Source: Octopus sinensis (Eukaryota). Taken from it: a DNA stretch of 64,000 bases. Under the pieces are notes generated by a model. That model saw nothing but the letters and a program-made list of their open reading frames with translations. It was not told where the DNA came from and searched no databases. Below are positions 23,701-36,589 of this stretch, piece by piece. Numbering within the stretch: the first letter of the stretch is position 1; every line of letters starts with the position of its first letter. Location: contig NC_043001.1 in NCBI RefSeq assembly GCF_006345805.1, forward strand, positions 40,052,001 to 40,116,000, written 5' to 3'. The position numbers and the translations under genes are program-made.

Positions 23701-26514
23701 CGATTTACTGATTCGAGATGTTTAATAACTTTTTTTTTTAATTAAATGAAATTTGCATACATTCATGGACATAATTTTTAAATTAAAAGTTCCTAGCATA
23801 AAAGTTGTTTCAATTTGAGCTTAGAAGTTCAAACGGCAAATAAGTTGAAATACTAAACGATTTCGAAAGTTATCTCGTCAATAGTGAAAACGTCACTGTT
23901 AAACTGACCAGAGATTAGTAAGCGTATTTAATTTAAATAAGTCTATTCATTTTCCATAATATTTCCTGGAAACGGGCAAAAGAATTCTTACAAGTTCAGC
24001 TACAAAATATTTTAAAATATTCGAAGATTGTAGTAGCAGATAGATACCTTCTCTTGAAGAATATCGATGGTACGAGAAATTTCTTTATCTTTGATATATT
24101 TCTCTCGAATCACTTCGTTGGCCGCTTCTGCAATATGACTCCGGATCTGAAACAAAGCATTAAGTTAAACAACTATGAACAAAATTACTTTAACCGTTGT
24201 TTGATCAATTCGCAGCACACCAAACCGGTGAGCAAACACAATCAACGCAGTAATATTAGCTAAGGCAATGAATTACCTTTCTTATACATGGTACAATATT
24301 TGCTGTCTTGTATCCAACAAGCTAAGTTCAATTGTTACAAAATACTAACATCATACATGAAATGCTTAAAAATGGAAAATAAGCTGAATGATTAAAATGC
24401 AATGTATAAAATTTTGTAATCGTTAGCAATACTGTTTATTATCGATATTTGAAACATTTATTACCTTCCAGACAAAAATACAGGCTGACGGGACAAATGA
24501 TTGAAATTAGGTGGGGAAAAGAAACATTACAAAAAGGGTTTCAGATCTTTTCGGTTTGAACGGCAGTTTTTAACAATTTCTAGGTAACTAAAAAATTTTA
24601 AACTTCGTATACTGGTAGAATGTGTTTATAAAACATCTTTTTCTCTTGGCTTTGAGAAAATTCTATAGTTTGTAAGATATTTGTTGTTTTTTTCTTCAAT
24701 TTCAACCAATCAGTGACGTCTATTGAGTTAAAAAGCATTCTGTGCCGTATGAATATGTCCCTCGTTTAAGAAACAGATTGGGTTTATTTACTTATGTGAA
24801 GAAAAAAAGATACCTTTCACCCACCCCTAACTAACCCTAACCCTAAAAGAGATTGAAATGCAATAGATCGATTCTAGGGTCATAATTATGGGTGACAATT
24901 TCACATGACACCGCTAGAAAAAACTGCCGTTCAAACCGAAAACATCCAGTGTTTCTGAGCATATACTAAATACCTTGTGTTTCACAACTGCTACAAAAAT
25001 ACCAGCTCCAGTTTCAGCAACAGTAATAGCACTCAATAGGAAAATATACTAAAAGAAAACAGAATTTAATAACATTGAAACAAGGTGAAAGCCAGATAAT
25101 CTCGTCCGCAAATATTACAGAACTTAATTTTTCTCTTAATTTAAAGCACGTCTTTAACACAGTTGCATTTAAACCAATGTGGTTAACATGAATTTTGTGA
25201 ACGTAGAACAAATAGCTTACGTACCATTCCTAGCAAGCAGCGATTTTCGAAGATTGCAGCACAACATCCTAGGGAACTTATCAACAAGATTGCTGCACCC
25301 AAAACTACCAGTACTATGATAGATTTGGTGAAGTCTTTGGCATCGGCATGTTCTTCAATTACATCTTGAATAATTTTGCTGGTTTGGTCTACTTTCAAAA
25401 ATATACACAAGCCCAAAATACCAATTCCAGTGATCTTGTCGAAAGAAAAAGCGAAGTCAGATTAGTTCAAACAATTAACATAGTTAAATCAACCAGAAAT
25501 AAATGAAGTATTTAGATAAAATTAAAACTCGAAAGAATTGACACTTTATTGGCTTAGCATTTGTTTCCAAATTCCATCTACCAAGCAAGGCAAGAATCAA
25601 TAAAGGAAAGTTTACTTCTATCCTACAGACTTAGTGTCTACGATTTCTATCATGACTATAAAGAAGTATCAGCTCCTCGGAGCTGGTTTGTATCGTTCCT
25701 CCTCCATTCACGTACTCCTGAATAAGTAAATCTTATTCATCATTCCATGTTCATCAGTAGCCCCTCCTCGCATTAACTGCGCCCAGATTTTCTCCCCAGC
25801 AGGCTGGCCTTCCAATTCGTTTCATACCTTCCCCTTCCACCAGTCTCCTTGAACCCATTCAAGAGTAATATTAACCATGTCGATCTCACGGGTCTCAGAG
25901 AGATGACCCTGTGAAGGCAATAGACACAGCCCTCTAAACTACACGGGGTATGCGGGCGTGGGTTCAATCGAGAGGGCGAAGAAGAGTCAACATGGTTATT
26001 TATAAAGTCAGAGGTACTTTAAAACTTATTTGAGTTGGTAATATTAAATCAAATCTATTTCAGTCTTCAAAAAATTAAGTCTTGGTCATTTTCAAGATTG
26101 ATGCTTCTACCAACAATCTAAAAATTATCTGTACAAATATGTGGTTTCTCAAATCCAGTTCGATTCTCTTGGAAATATATTCTTTTTTACACTAAATTTG
26201 ATGAGAGTTTAACTGCATTGAAATCCAGTAGATTTCTATTTATCGTCCCAAATGCGAACCACAAAGTCAACCCAAACTACATCTGGACTCAGAACAAAAC
26301 TAAACAACGTAGTAGTTAGTGTAGAGAGCTAAGATTACGGAATCGGAAATATTACTGAATAAGATTAATAGATTTCCCTTTTTAGTTTAACATGCTAGTT
26401 TCGTCAGTTTCTTATCGAAAACTGAATTTCCCAAATGGAATAAAATATACTTACGACGAAAATAACGTTTAATGTTATGAGGATTACCCGACCAAAGTTG
26501 TGTAGGCAAGACAT
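20681..26514 (-). CDS. Tetraspanin (6-Cys EC2 type), 8 coding exons, 789 nt, 262 aa: join complement(26514-26455, 25434-25225, 25048-24974, 24146-24048, 23426-23373, 22228-22097, 21862-21779, 20755-20681)
   Basis: All exons have canonical AG/GT ends and join in frame (all phase 0). Four hydrophobic TM segments with polar N (TM1), E (TM3) and E (TM4); EC2 has CCG, PYSCC, C and GC; juxtamembrane Cys clusters (GCC, ACCIC); NxT sequons NYT and NKT. Subfamily not assignable by eye. Confidence 0.95.
21779..21862 (-). CDS. Tetraspanin coding exon 7: GCVDSLEVLVKKYSSIILGVALGIAAFE
   Basis: tttgaaaatttag|GGT TGT ... GAG|gtaaag; conserved GC and start of TM4. Confidence 0.95.
22097..22228 (-). CDS. Tetraspanin coding exon 6: VGKVPYSCCVMKSDDDNPVPQNKTLCELEAVNPFLHDAKYLHTE
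   Basis: ttatttccgtag|GTT ... GAG|gtaata; PxSCC motif. Confidence 0.95.
23373..23426 (-). CDS. Tetraspanin coding exon 5: LKCCGANNYTDYSFLKLD
   Basis: ctaaaatttcag|TTG ... GAT|gtaagt; CCG signature. Confidence 0.95.
24048..24146 (-). CDS. Tetraspanin coding exon 4: IRSHIAEAANEVIREKYIKDKEISRTIDILQEK
   Basis: ctttgtttcag|ATC ... AAG|gtatct; EC2 helices ending in D.LQ.K before CCG. Confidence 0.92.
24544..24946. mobile_element. MITE with 28-bp terminal inverted repeats in a tetraspanin intron
   Basis: gatcttttcggtttgaacggcagttttt ... aaaaactgccgttcaaaccgaaaacatc (1 mismatch); internal (CCCTAA)-like run at about 24823-24846. Confidence 0.85.
24974..25048 (-). CDS. Tetraspanin coding exon 3: YIFLLSAITVAETGAGIFVAVVKHK (TM3)
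   Basis: gttttcttttag|TAT ... AAG|gtattt; 75-nt TM3 exon with the conserved Glu. Confidence 0.95.
25225..25434 (-). CDS. Tetraspanin coding exon 2: ITGIGILGLCIFLKVDQ...LLISSLGCCAAIFENRCLLGM
   Basis: tttctttcgacaag|ATC ... ATG|gtacgt; end of TM1, EC1, TM2 with GCC.A..E.RCLL. Confidence 0.95.
26455..26514 (-). CDS. Tetraspanin coding exon 1: MSCLHNFGRVILITLNVIFV
   Basis: Acceptor tttttttctacaag about 9 nt upstream of the ATG (26514); donor GTC|gtaagt; matches the tetraspanin N-terminal C...LI..N.IF pattern. Confidence 0.92.
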
Positions 26515-28003
26515 GATTCGTCTCTTGTAGAAAAAAATAAAAGGAAAAATTCGATTGGTTCTTGGAATTCAAGAAAGATGTAAAATCTATACATAAACTA
26601 ACAGAAGCGCTACAAAAGAAAATTCAAAACGTATAATTTACGTTGTACAAATTAGGATTAGACATGAAAAGGTACAAAGTTACCATTTAGAATGGAATTA
26701 AAATATTTTAATCTTCATAACTGTTGCAAGATATTTTAAATAAAATCAACGAATTTAACAAGTTGTCATGTTAAGACCTGAAAACTTGAAACCAAACGAA
26801 TATTTATGTCAGCTGTTATCACAATAACAGTAGAATTACAATTTACAAGTAAATTAATTTGATGTGAAAAGAATGTAACCACTCCTTTAAAAAAAATGCA
26901 AAGTTAATGTAATGACAAATAGCATCCCCATTCACTAAAAAATTAGACAATCTGTTGAATCAATAAATTTACTATATTGTACAGCGTTTAAGTATCCAAG
27001 CGGGAGAAAAAGTATTCGCTATATTTGGTAGTATCTTCGTTTTTAAGTTGATAAACTCTGTATTACACCACAAGTTTCTTACTTTCGTTCTGCCGACCGA
27101 AATTACGTACATAAAGAAACTGAGTAGAAACAGGGTGAATCATAGAGTTCTGAATTCGCATGTACTTATCCATTACGCTTCTGGCGTCGATAATTAAGTA
27201 TAATTGTTACAATACATCAATTATGTTACGCTAAAACAATACCGTCAAGAATGCACACGGATGAATATACATCAACTGTGATCTCCTTTTTTGCAACTTA
27301 GCGTTTAGCTCTAAGTATGCAGTAGGTAACTTCTCATTTACAATGTTTTTACAAGTTCTATTTGACACATTGACGACATAATATAGAAAATATAAACATC
27401 AAAATTCACATTAATTACACTCTGAATTAATAACCATTTATGTATCTGAGTATTTTTATATGATCTCAATCTATTTCGCCTGGAACAATCTCATGACACT
27501 TCGCCCAAATATAGTCTTTATAGAACTCATAATGGAATTACTTTTCTTTGGCAAAAGCTAGCTATTAAAAATTATTTTAATGAACACAAGCAGGCCGAAG
27601 GAAGTAGAAACGTTTTTGAACAATGGTTATATTTCTAAGTTTGAAAGATTTCATTATCAATACTTTGGGAAGGGAATTTAAGTTAAAATACACAAGGATA
27701 CATACTTTTTAACTCATAAAACAAATATCGATTCGATTTTCTCCTTTGCTCTCTGAACGTTACAATATAGTATTTTACAAATTCAAAAAGAAAAAAAAAA
27801 ATCAGGTTTCTTAAATGTAGATAGGTATTTTTAATTGATTTTCATTAAATGCTAATAAACCGATATGGTGGTGGTGTGGCATATAGAAATATTGAAACCA
27901 TATTCTATGTTACAAATAAAATATTTGATGACTGAAGATTAATACTTGGTCGACCGTATACATCGTAAAACAACAAAGAATATAAATGTTATTTCGAACT
28001 TAC

Positions 28004-28093
28004 CAGTCGCAAGAAGCCTGAACTGAATGCTTTTGTTCAAACACGCACAGTCTCAGATAAACGCCTCCCACTTTGACGTTGTCACACTTTATA
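28004..28093 (-). promoter_or_regulatory. Candidate TATA box and non-coding first exon of the tetraspanin
   Basis: Minus-strand TATAAA at 28093-28088; strong donor CTG|GTAAGT at 28004/28003 about 85 nt downstream; the first coding exon has an acceptor, so an upstream UTR exon is required. Confidence 0.45.
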
Positions 28094-29256
28094 TTTATTT
28101 TTTTCTTTCGTTGTTGCTATTTAGGATATATATCAACAGCCTCTCCCAGAAATCCATATCCGTCACATTGGTAAGCAGTCAACACTTATCAAGTGTCCTA
28201 TATTCCAGAGTTCAGCATTATTATTTTTATAAAATATAACTCGAGTTGGCGTAGAAACAAACACTTGACGTTCTGCGTTCAAATTATATCGATAGGTTTA
28301 GTTTTGAGAATAACTATATTTTGCTTTGCACATACCAAAGGACTCGTGTTAAATGCTTATTAAACAAATAAATAAAAAGTTATCTTGATATAAAACACTG
28401 ACGGATATTGTGCAATAAACTTTCCAGCAACAACAATTCTGCTGTCGAGTAGGGTAAATGGGGGTAAATTCTTGTTAACAATAAAGGAAACAAATTTTCA
28501 AGCATTTCATACAACTATAAAGTGAATCTTAAGCCACGTCAAATACTTGAAGAGATAGATAAGTAATAATGAATGTTTCTACATATGTATATTAATAAAA
28601 AGTTTGTTTTAAATAAATTTTATTATACACACCCACACTCACTAGCGCGCACCCACACAAACACACACACACACAGTTATAAGCCTGAAACTTAAGATAT
28701 GGGGGCTCGACAAAAATATATGTATAAGTAGAAAAAATTATAATCAAACTAGAGTATTTATTTCGGAAAACGGGATGACTAGGAGTAAAATCGAATTAAA
28801 TATAGAAAACAATAAATTAAATTTTGCTTTATTGTCACATGAAAAGTGAAATTAAATAGTAGTAATAATCGAAAAATAAACTAAATTTTTACTGGTCAAA
28901 TTCATTAGTAACATTTTTACAGTTAATTTTACGCTAAAACTCCGAGTTAGTATGCAGGACATTATTCAGTTTTTCCTTATTCTTTTTAAAGGAGAAAATC
29001 ATTTATCTCCATTATAATTGGATACCAACATGCTTGGATACATTCAAAGGGTTGGAAAAGCTGAAGAGAATTTATTTGGCACAAACTGCCTCAACTTATG
29101 TCGTTCTAATTTACATCCAGTGTCAGTACAAATACATGCACATAAAGTTTTATATACTCTTTGAATTGAATTTATCCGTCTGCAAGTCTGGGTTCTAGAC
29201 AGAAAGAAAATAATTGTGGCTTGTATTTCATTCTTCAATCGCAAAATAATTTTCAA

Positions 29257-29623
29257 GGTTGCTGTGTGGTAAGTAGCTTGCTTAGCAACCACATGGTTCC
29301 GGGTCCAGTCCCACTGCGTGACACCTTGGGCGAGTGTCTTCTGCTATAGCCTCGGGCCAACCAAAGCCTTGTGAGTGGATTTGGTAGACGGAAACTGAAA
29401 GAAGCCCGGTGTGTGTATAAAATGTGACCTCGTGTGTACCGTTGGCGATTTTTTTACTCTGTCTTCCCTTCTCTGGATCTTTCCTTCTCCTATGTTTCCG
29501 ATGAAGAGCTCCGCTCGAAACGTTAAACCCTCCTTCTTTCCTTCTTTCCTGAGCGTCCAATAATACTATATTTGTTCCACGTCCTCGCGTTGTTGTGTTT
29601 TTTTTGTGCCTTCTTGTTTGGAT

Positions 29624-29696
<73 letters not shown>

Positions 29697-29697
29697 G

Positions 29698-29731
<34 letters not shown>

Positions 29732-29965
29732 TGTATGTATGTATGTATGTATGTATGTGTTTGTGTGTCTGTGTTTGTAACCCAACATCGCTTGACAAAC
29801 GATCCTGGTGTGTTTACGTCCCCGTCACTTAGCGGTTCGGAAAGATAGATAGAATAAGTACTAGGCTTACAAAGAGTAAGTCCTGGGGTCGATTTGCTCG
29901 ACTAAATGCGGTGCTCCAGCACGGCCGCAGTCAAAATGACTGAAACAAATACAAGAAAGTAAAAG
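29257..29965 (+). mobile_element. SINE family A interrupted by a PLE terminal-repeat fragment (about 29420-29626) and an expanded (TA)n(TATG)n
   Basis: Head at 29257-29410, foreign segment, microsatellite 29627-29758, then the SINE 3' half from tgtgtctgtgtttgt. Confidence 0.85.
29494..29528 (+). ncRNA. Minimal type I hammerhead ribozyme motif (U4C core variant)
   Basis: GTTT-CCGATGA-a-GAGC tcc GCTC-GAAAC-GT-T-AAAC: stem I 4 bp, stem II 4 bp, palindromic ACGT stem III, predicted cleavage after GUU (29524). Confidence 0.7.
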
Positions 29966-31113
29966 AACAGAAAATCATTTGAGTGAGTATTCATCTGTTT
30001 ATTCCCGGCACAACAGAGCTAATCAATGACTAGCAGCAAAAGATTGAAACGGGTCGGTTTCCTGTACAAGTCTATCACTTACATACATTTTCACACTGCG
30101 CTTATATTTTCTGATTATTTCTGTTTAATAAACTTAAAGATAACGCATTCCACTTCGTAACTGAACAATGGCTCTGTAATGCTTCTCCCAAAGAAGTGTT
30201 GTGACAGTTTTCAGGATGTTATTTGTTTCAAATAGTTATACAATTCTTTCTTGTTGAACATTGAAAAATGTAAGTACGGGCGGGCGTAAACATGTGCGAA
30301 TTCTGCGTGAATTAGGAAACGGCGGTGAGTGAGATACTGTAAAGAGAATTATAAGCCTTCATCGCATACAGAAAATAATCAAAATATTAGGAGATATAAG
30401 CCCCCGTAATTGAAAAATAGTCATTAGTACGTGTTGGAATCATTGTAAAGTCGTTGTACAGACAGTAGAATACCTGTCCCTAAATTTTCCACTTTTCGGC
30501 AAAGGTGGAAAATATCCGTATGTTTCTTCGCTTCTTCAAATGGATCCTCAGGTATTTTATCAAACACTTATAAAAGTCAGGCTGTCATTTACACTTGAAA
30601 GACATGCACACCACCATGTGTCCAATAGACGTTTGAGTACAGGTAGTTATTAGCTTAGTTTCCTCTGAAGCTGTCTCTATCAGATATAGAGGGGTTCGAA
30701 AAATGTACAACAATTTTCCTCCAAGCCAAAGAAGTGACAGACTTGTAGCATACAGTCGATAGCATTGTCAAACTAGATTCAGTAAGTCTTCACATCATGC
30801 TCTTAGACGGCTAGAGCATTTTCCCTTGAGTATCAGGACTGCATACCTTTATACCACTCTACTCACAAAACATTTTCTTTTTCATATAATTCTCATTCGT
30901 GAACAAGTTAATCATAAACCGATAGGATGTTTTCATGATATTCTCTTTCAAGAAAGTTAAAAGCTCTTGAAAATGTCCCTAACTGTTTAATATGTATATT
31001 AGTAAACTTTGCAAAATGTTCCGCCGGTTTATTTTTGTGACTATGTTAAAAGGTGGAATTTGAAGATATTGAAAGATAATGATAATTTTTTTTAAATTGT
31101 TTCTGTCCTATAA

Positions 31114-31270
31114 GTCCCCATAACTTAGCGGTTCGGCAAAAGTTACCGATAGAATAAGTACAGTACTAGGCTTACAAAGAATAAGTCCTGGGGTCAATTT
31201 GTTCGACTAAAGGTGGTGCTCCAGCACGGCCGCAGTCAAATGACTGAAGCAAATAAAGGAATAAAAGAAA
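31114..31270 (+). mobile_element. SINE family A, 3' half
   Basis: acttagcggttcggcaaaag..accgatagaataagtac..ggtgctccagcacggccgcagtcaaatgactga. Confidence 0.8.
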
Positions 31271-31312
31271 TACACACACACAGACACATATATACACGCA
31301 TTTTTATATAAA

Positions 31313-31398
<86 letters not shown>

Positions 31399-31424
31399 CA
31401 CTTACACATATCAAGAGTGAACAG

Positions 31425-31560
31425 AAATTTATACATTATTTACATTTGGCGGATATTTGTCCTCATCTTGTTTGTTGTTAACACAACGTTTCGGCCGATA
31501 TACCCTCCAACTTTCATCAGAAATTTCGAACCTGGGTCCTCATTCCTAAGGTATTTTTCG
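31425..31560 (-). mobile_element. Inverted copy of the PLE terminal repeat at 33640-33800, with a damaged hammerhead
   Basis: Reverse complement reads gaaaaataccttaggaatgaggacccaggttcgaaattt-CTGATGA-a-agttgg agggtata tcggcc-GAAAC-GT-T-GTGTTaacaacaaacaagatgagg; the stem I 5' strand is deleted. Confidence 0.8.
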
Positions 31561-31614
31561 TTGTTGTTGTTGTTATTATTATTATTATTATTATTACTCT
31601 TTTACTCTTTTACT

Positions 31615-31990
31615 CTTTTACTTGTTTCAGTCATTTGACTGCGACCATGCTGGAGCACCACCTTTAATCGAGCAAATCGACCCCGGGACTTATTCTTTGT
31701 AAGCCCAATACTTATTCTATCGGTCTCTTTTGCCGAACCGCTAGTTGACAGGGACGTAAACACACCAGCATCGGTTGTCAAGCAATGCTAGAGGGACAAA
31801 CACAGACACACAAACATATACACACACATACATATATATATACATATATACGACAGGCTTCTTTCAGTTTCCGTCTACCAAATCCACTCACAAAGCTTTG
31901 GTCGGCCCGAGGCTATAGCAGAAGACACTTGCCCAAGATGCCACGCAGTGGGACTGAACCCGGAACCATGTGGTTGGTTAGCAAGCTACT
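31615..31990 (-). mobile_element. SINE family A
   Basis: Near full-length copy with internal (CA)/(TA) tract; about 85% similar by eye to 7058-7454. Confidence 0.85.
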
Positions 31991-32009
31991 TATTATTATT
32001 ATTATTATT

Positions 32010-32567
32010 GAGTGAGCGAGCAGAGCATGCCATCAAAGTGACACTGGGGTAAAATATACGAAGCCCAGTATACCCATCATGACTTCCCGTCTGATAAGGG
32101 TACACCAGGCACATGCATCACAACCATATGTGCGCGACATGGTGATCTCATATCAAGATAAACAGCACATGACCTTGCAGGTGGAGCCCAGTTAGAATTT
32201 TCTTCAGATCGAGTAACCCATCCCGCTCAAAAGGTCCCTGAATAAGGGTTGTTTAAGGATGTTGAAAGAACCACCCATGTTTCCAGAGGTGAATTATTCA
32301 AACTCCAAAGAATCCCTCTCAACACATGGCTATGATGCTCCCCCACTACTTCTGCTCGTGATCAGAGATGCACACATCGTCAGCCACTAAGGGACATGGT
32401 CAACTGGTTAAGGTCAAACAACTGACAAGCAAATCTGTGGTATTGAGCAGAATATTTGCTGTAGCCCATCTTTTATACCAAGACAAAACAATGTACATGA
32501 TAACACTTCCAATCAGTTAAGATCAGAAGCCATGAGAGCCACTGCCTGGTACTGCATCAGGGCATTT
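32010..32567. mobile_element. About 560-bp dispersed repeat embedded in (ATT)n microsatellite
   Basis: Flanked on both sides by ATT repeats; partial second copy at 8945-9060; no ORF. Confidence 0.6.
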
Positions 32568-32601
32568 ATTATTATTATTATTATTTTTATTATTATTATT
32601 A

Positions 32602-32651
<50 letters not shown>

Positions 32652-32655
<4 letters not shown>

Positions 32656-33510
32656 AAGATGTCCAAGTCCTGTTTGATCATGTGAACTCAATAAAACCAT
32701 CCATACAGTTCACAATGGAAAAGGAAAAAGACAATCCGCTAGCATTCCTGGACGTTAATAACACGCACCAAGTATGGATTCAGGACATCCGTATACCGCA
32801 AGCGGACCTTCACTGGGCGATATCTCAACTTCAATTCCCACCGTCCATACAATATAAAGAGAGGGATTGCTCAGTGCCTAAAACATCGAGCAAAGAATAT
32901 AAGTAGTGATCGTGATACCCACCACGAAAAAATGATGAAGCTAAGTAACAATCTATTAAGTAACCCCAAAATATACTATCCACTCCAATTGTGAAGAAGA
33001 GAGAGGATGAAACCGATAAACTGTCCACAGTGTGTCTACCCTATGCGAACGGCCTCTCCGAAAAGATACAAAAGATGTACGGCCCATATGACATCAGGAC
33101 TGTATTCAAGAGTAATACAACACTTCGTAAATATCTCCTTCGAGTAAAACCACCAATACAAGACAATATGACCAAAGACTGCGTGTAGTCTATCCCATGC
33201 AGATGTGGTAGGTTATACAAAGGCAAAACATGCCGCTCCATCAAAATAAGAGTAGACGAACATCGCAAATCTGTGACACGGGGAGATATTGATAAATCGG
33301 GTGTAGCTGATCATGTATGGAAAAATGGAGACCACCTCCCCCTGTGGGATGAAGTTAAAATAATAGCCAGAGAACAACACTGGAAAATACGAAAACTAAA
33401 AAAAGCAGCACATATACTAGGACACAACAACCTCCTAAGCAGACTGAGTGCAGATACGGATAGCATATGGGAACCGGTATTAAGGAAGAATAGGAAAATA
33501 TTAGATTTAT
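32652..33510 (+). mobile_element. Penelope-like element 1 (RT C-terminus plus GIY-YIG endonuclease), decayed
   Basis: LFDHVNSIKPSIQFTMEKEKDNPLAFLDV; SVYRKRTFTGRYLNFNSHHP; CLPYANGLSEKI; CV*SIPCRCGRLYKGKT.R....R..EH; KSGVADHVW...H...WDEVKIIARE.HW..RK. Confidence 0.88.
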
Positions 33511-33536
33511 AAGCCCTAAAATTCACTCCATAATTG

Positions 33537-33598
33537 GGCATATTGTGTAGTGCTAGAGAGCGCGGGCTACTAACCCCAAGATTCCGAGTTTGATTCTT
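33537..33598 (+). mobile_element. tRNA-like SINE head fragment
   Basis: gggcatattgtgtagtgctagagagcgcgggctactaaccccaagattccgagtttgattc has degenerate A and B boxes; not an intact tRNA cloverleaf. Confidence 0.5.
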
Positions 33599-33689
33599 AT
33601 AATAATCATAATAACAACAACAACAACAACAAAACAACAACATCGAAAAATACCTTAGGAATGAGAACCCAGGTTCGAAATTTCCCCAA

Positions 33690-33735
33690 GATACCTGATG
33701 AAGGCTGGAGGGTATATCAGCCGAAATGTTGTGTT
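33690..33735 (+). ncRNA. Minimal type I hammerhead ribozyme in the PLE1 terminal repeat (33640-33800)
   Basis: GATAC-CTGATGA-a-GGCTGG agggtata TCAGCC-GAAAT-GT-T-GTGTT; intact CUGAUGA and GAAA; stem II 6 bp; C>T at 33727 relative to the copy at 31479. Confidence 0.75.
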
Positions 33736-33809
33736 AACAACAAACAAGATGAGGACAAATATAAATAATGTACATAATTCCTCATAATGTACAGAAATAT
33801 CTGTTCAAT

Positions 33810-35889
<2,080 letters not shown>

Positions 35890-36020
35890 ATTCATAAATG
35901 CACATACATATGGCATATCAAGTTTCTATATTTGACGGCAACTGTCCTTATCAGGTGACTTTGGCTCATATTTCTACCAGTCGTTGTTCTGGCGCATTTG
36001 TGAAGTGTTATGATTAACGT

Positions 36021-36277
36021 AAAATTCCAGACAGTTTCGCACCAAATCGTACTTATAAGTCGAGATGTACAAGAAATACAAGCCAGAGGACTCACAGAGG
36101 TTTTCTTGAAGAGCCGATTGCTATGTCCGCTCCAACCTCGTGTAAAAGGATCATCTCCCGCCAAGCACTAAGATATAACATTTTCCCTCTCACCAAGTAT
36201 ACATTCTCACACACTAGCTACTGGTATTCAGCATAACATCTTTTCGTAACGTACCAAAATTGTAACTTCAATCTATA
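36021..36277 (+). repeat. Diverged direct repeat, copy 1 (copy 2 at 37340-37560)
   Basis: aaattccagaca.tttc.caccaaatcgt ... caagccagaggactcacaga.gttttctt ... catcttttcgtaacgta..aaattgtaacttcaatctata in both. Confidence 0.85.
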
Positions 36278-36494
36278 CCATGGTGTGCTGAAAAGTTCCT
36301 GGCTTTAAGGGTGTCGCGAAAGGCCTGGTTGGAGGCCCAACCTTCCGAGTTCTTTTACAGGGCTAAGAAAAACTGAAGGACTGCTGCAATAAGTGTATCA
36401 ATCTGAAAGGAAAGTATGTTCAATAAAATCATAATTAACTGATCTTCTTGTATTTTCTTTCACCCAAAGCCACGAAATTTTCAGCACCCCCTCG
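36278..36494. mobile_element. Mariner-type MITE
   Basis: Imperfect TIRs gtgctgaaaagttcctggcttt / aaagccacgaaattttcagcaccccctcg; TA at the left flank. Confidence 0.75.
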
Positions 36495-36589
36495 CAAATA
36501 AATATGGTAATAAAATCTAAAGCACACAAATCTTACAACTCCTAGCAAACCTACGTCAGTGTGTACGTATATATATATATAGTTGCTGT

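Noticed and set aside
24823-24846. Interstitial telomere repeat
   Set aside because: Only about 3 imperfect units, and they are internal to a MITE
25183-25224. C-terminal extension VRKLFVLRSQNSC of the listed ORF 25183-25416
   Set aside because: Intronic read-through past the ATG|gtacgt donor at 25225
32500-32565. Faint resemblance to U2 snRNA (cctggtactgca)
   Set aside because: No branch-point recognition region or Sm site; the match is too short
33537-33598. Possible tRNA gene
   Set aside because: Damaged A and B boxes, no acceptor-stem closure or terminator; best read as a SINE head
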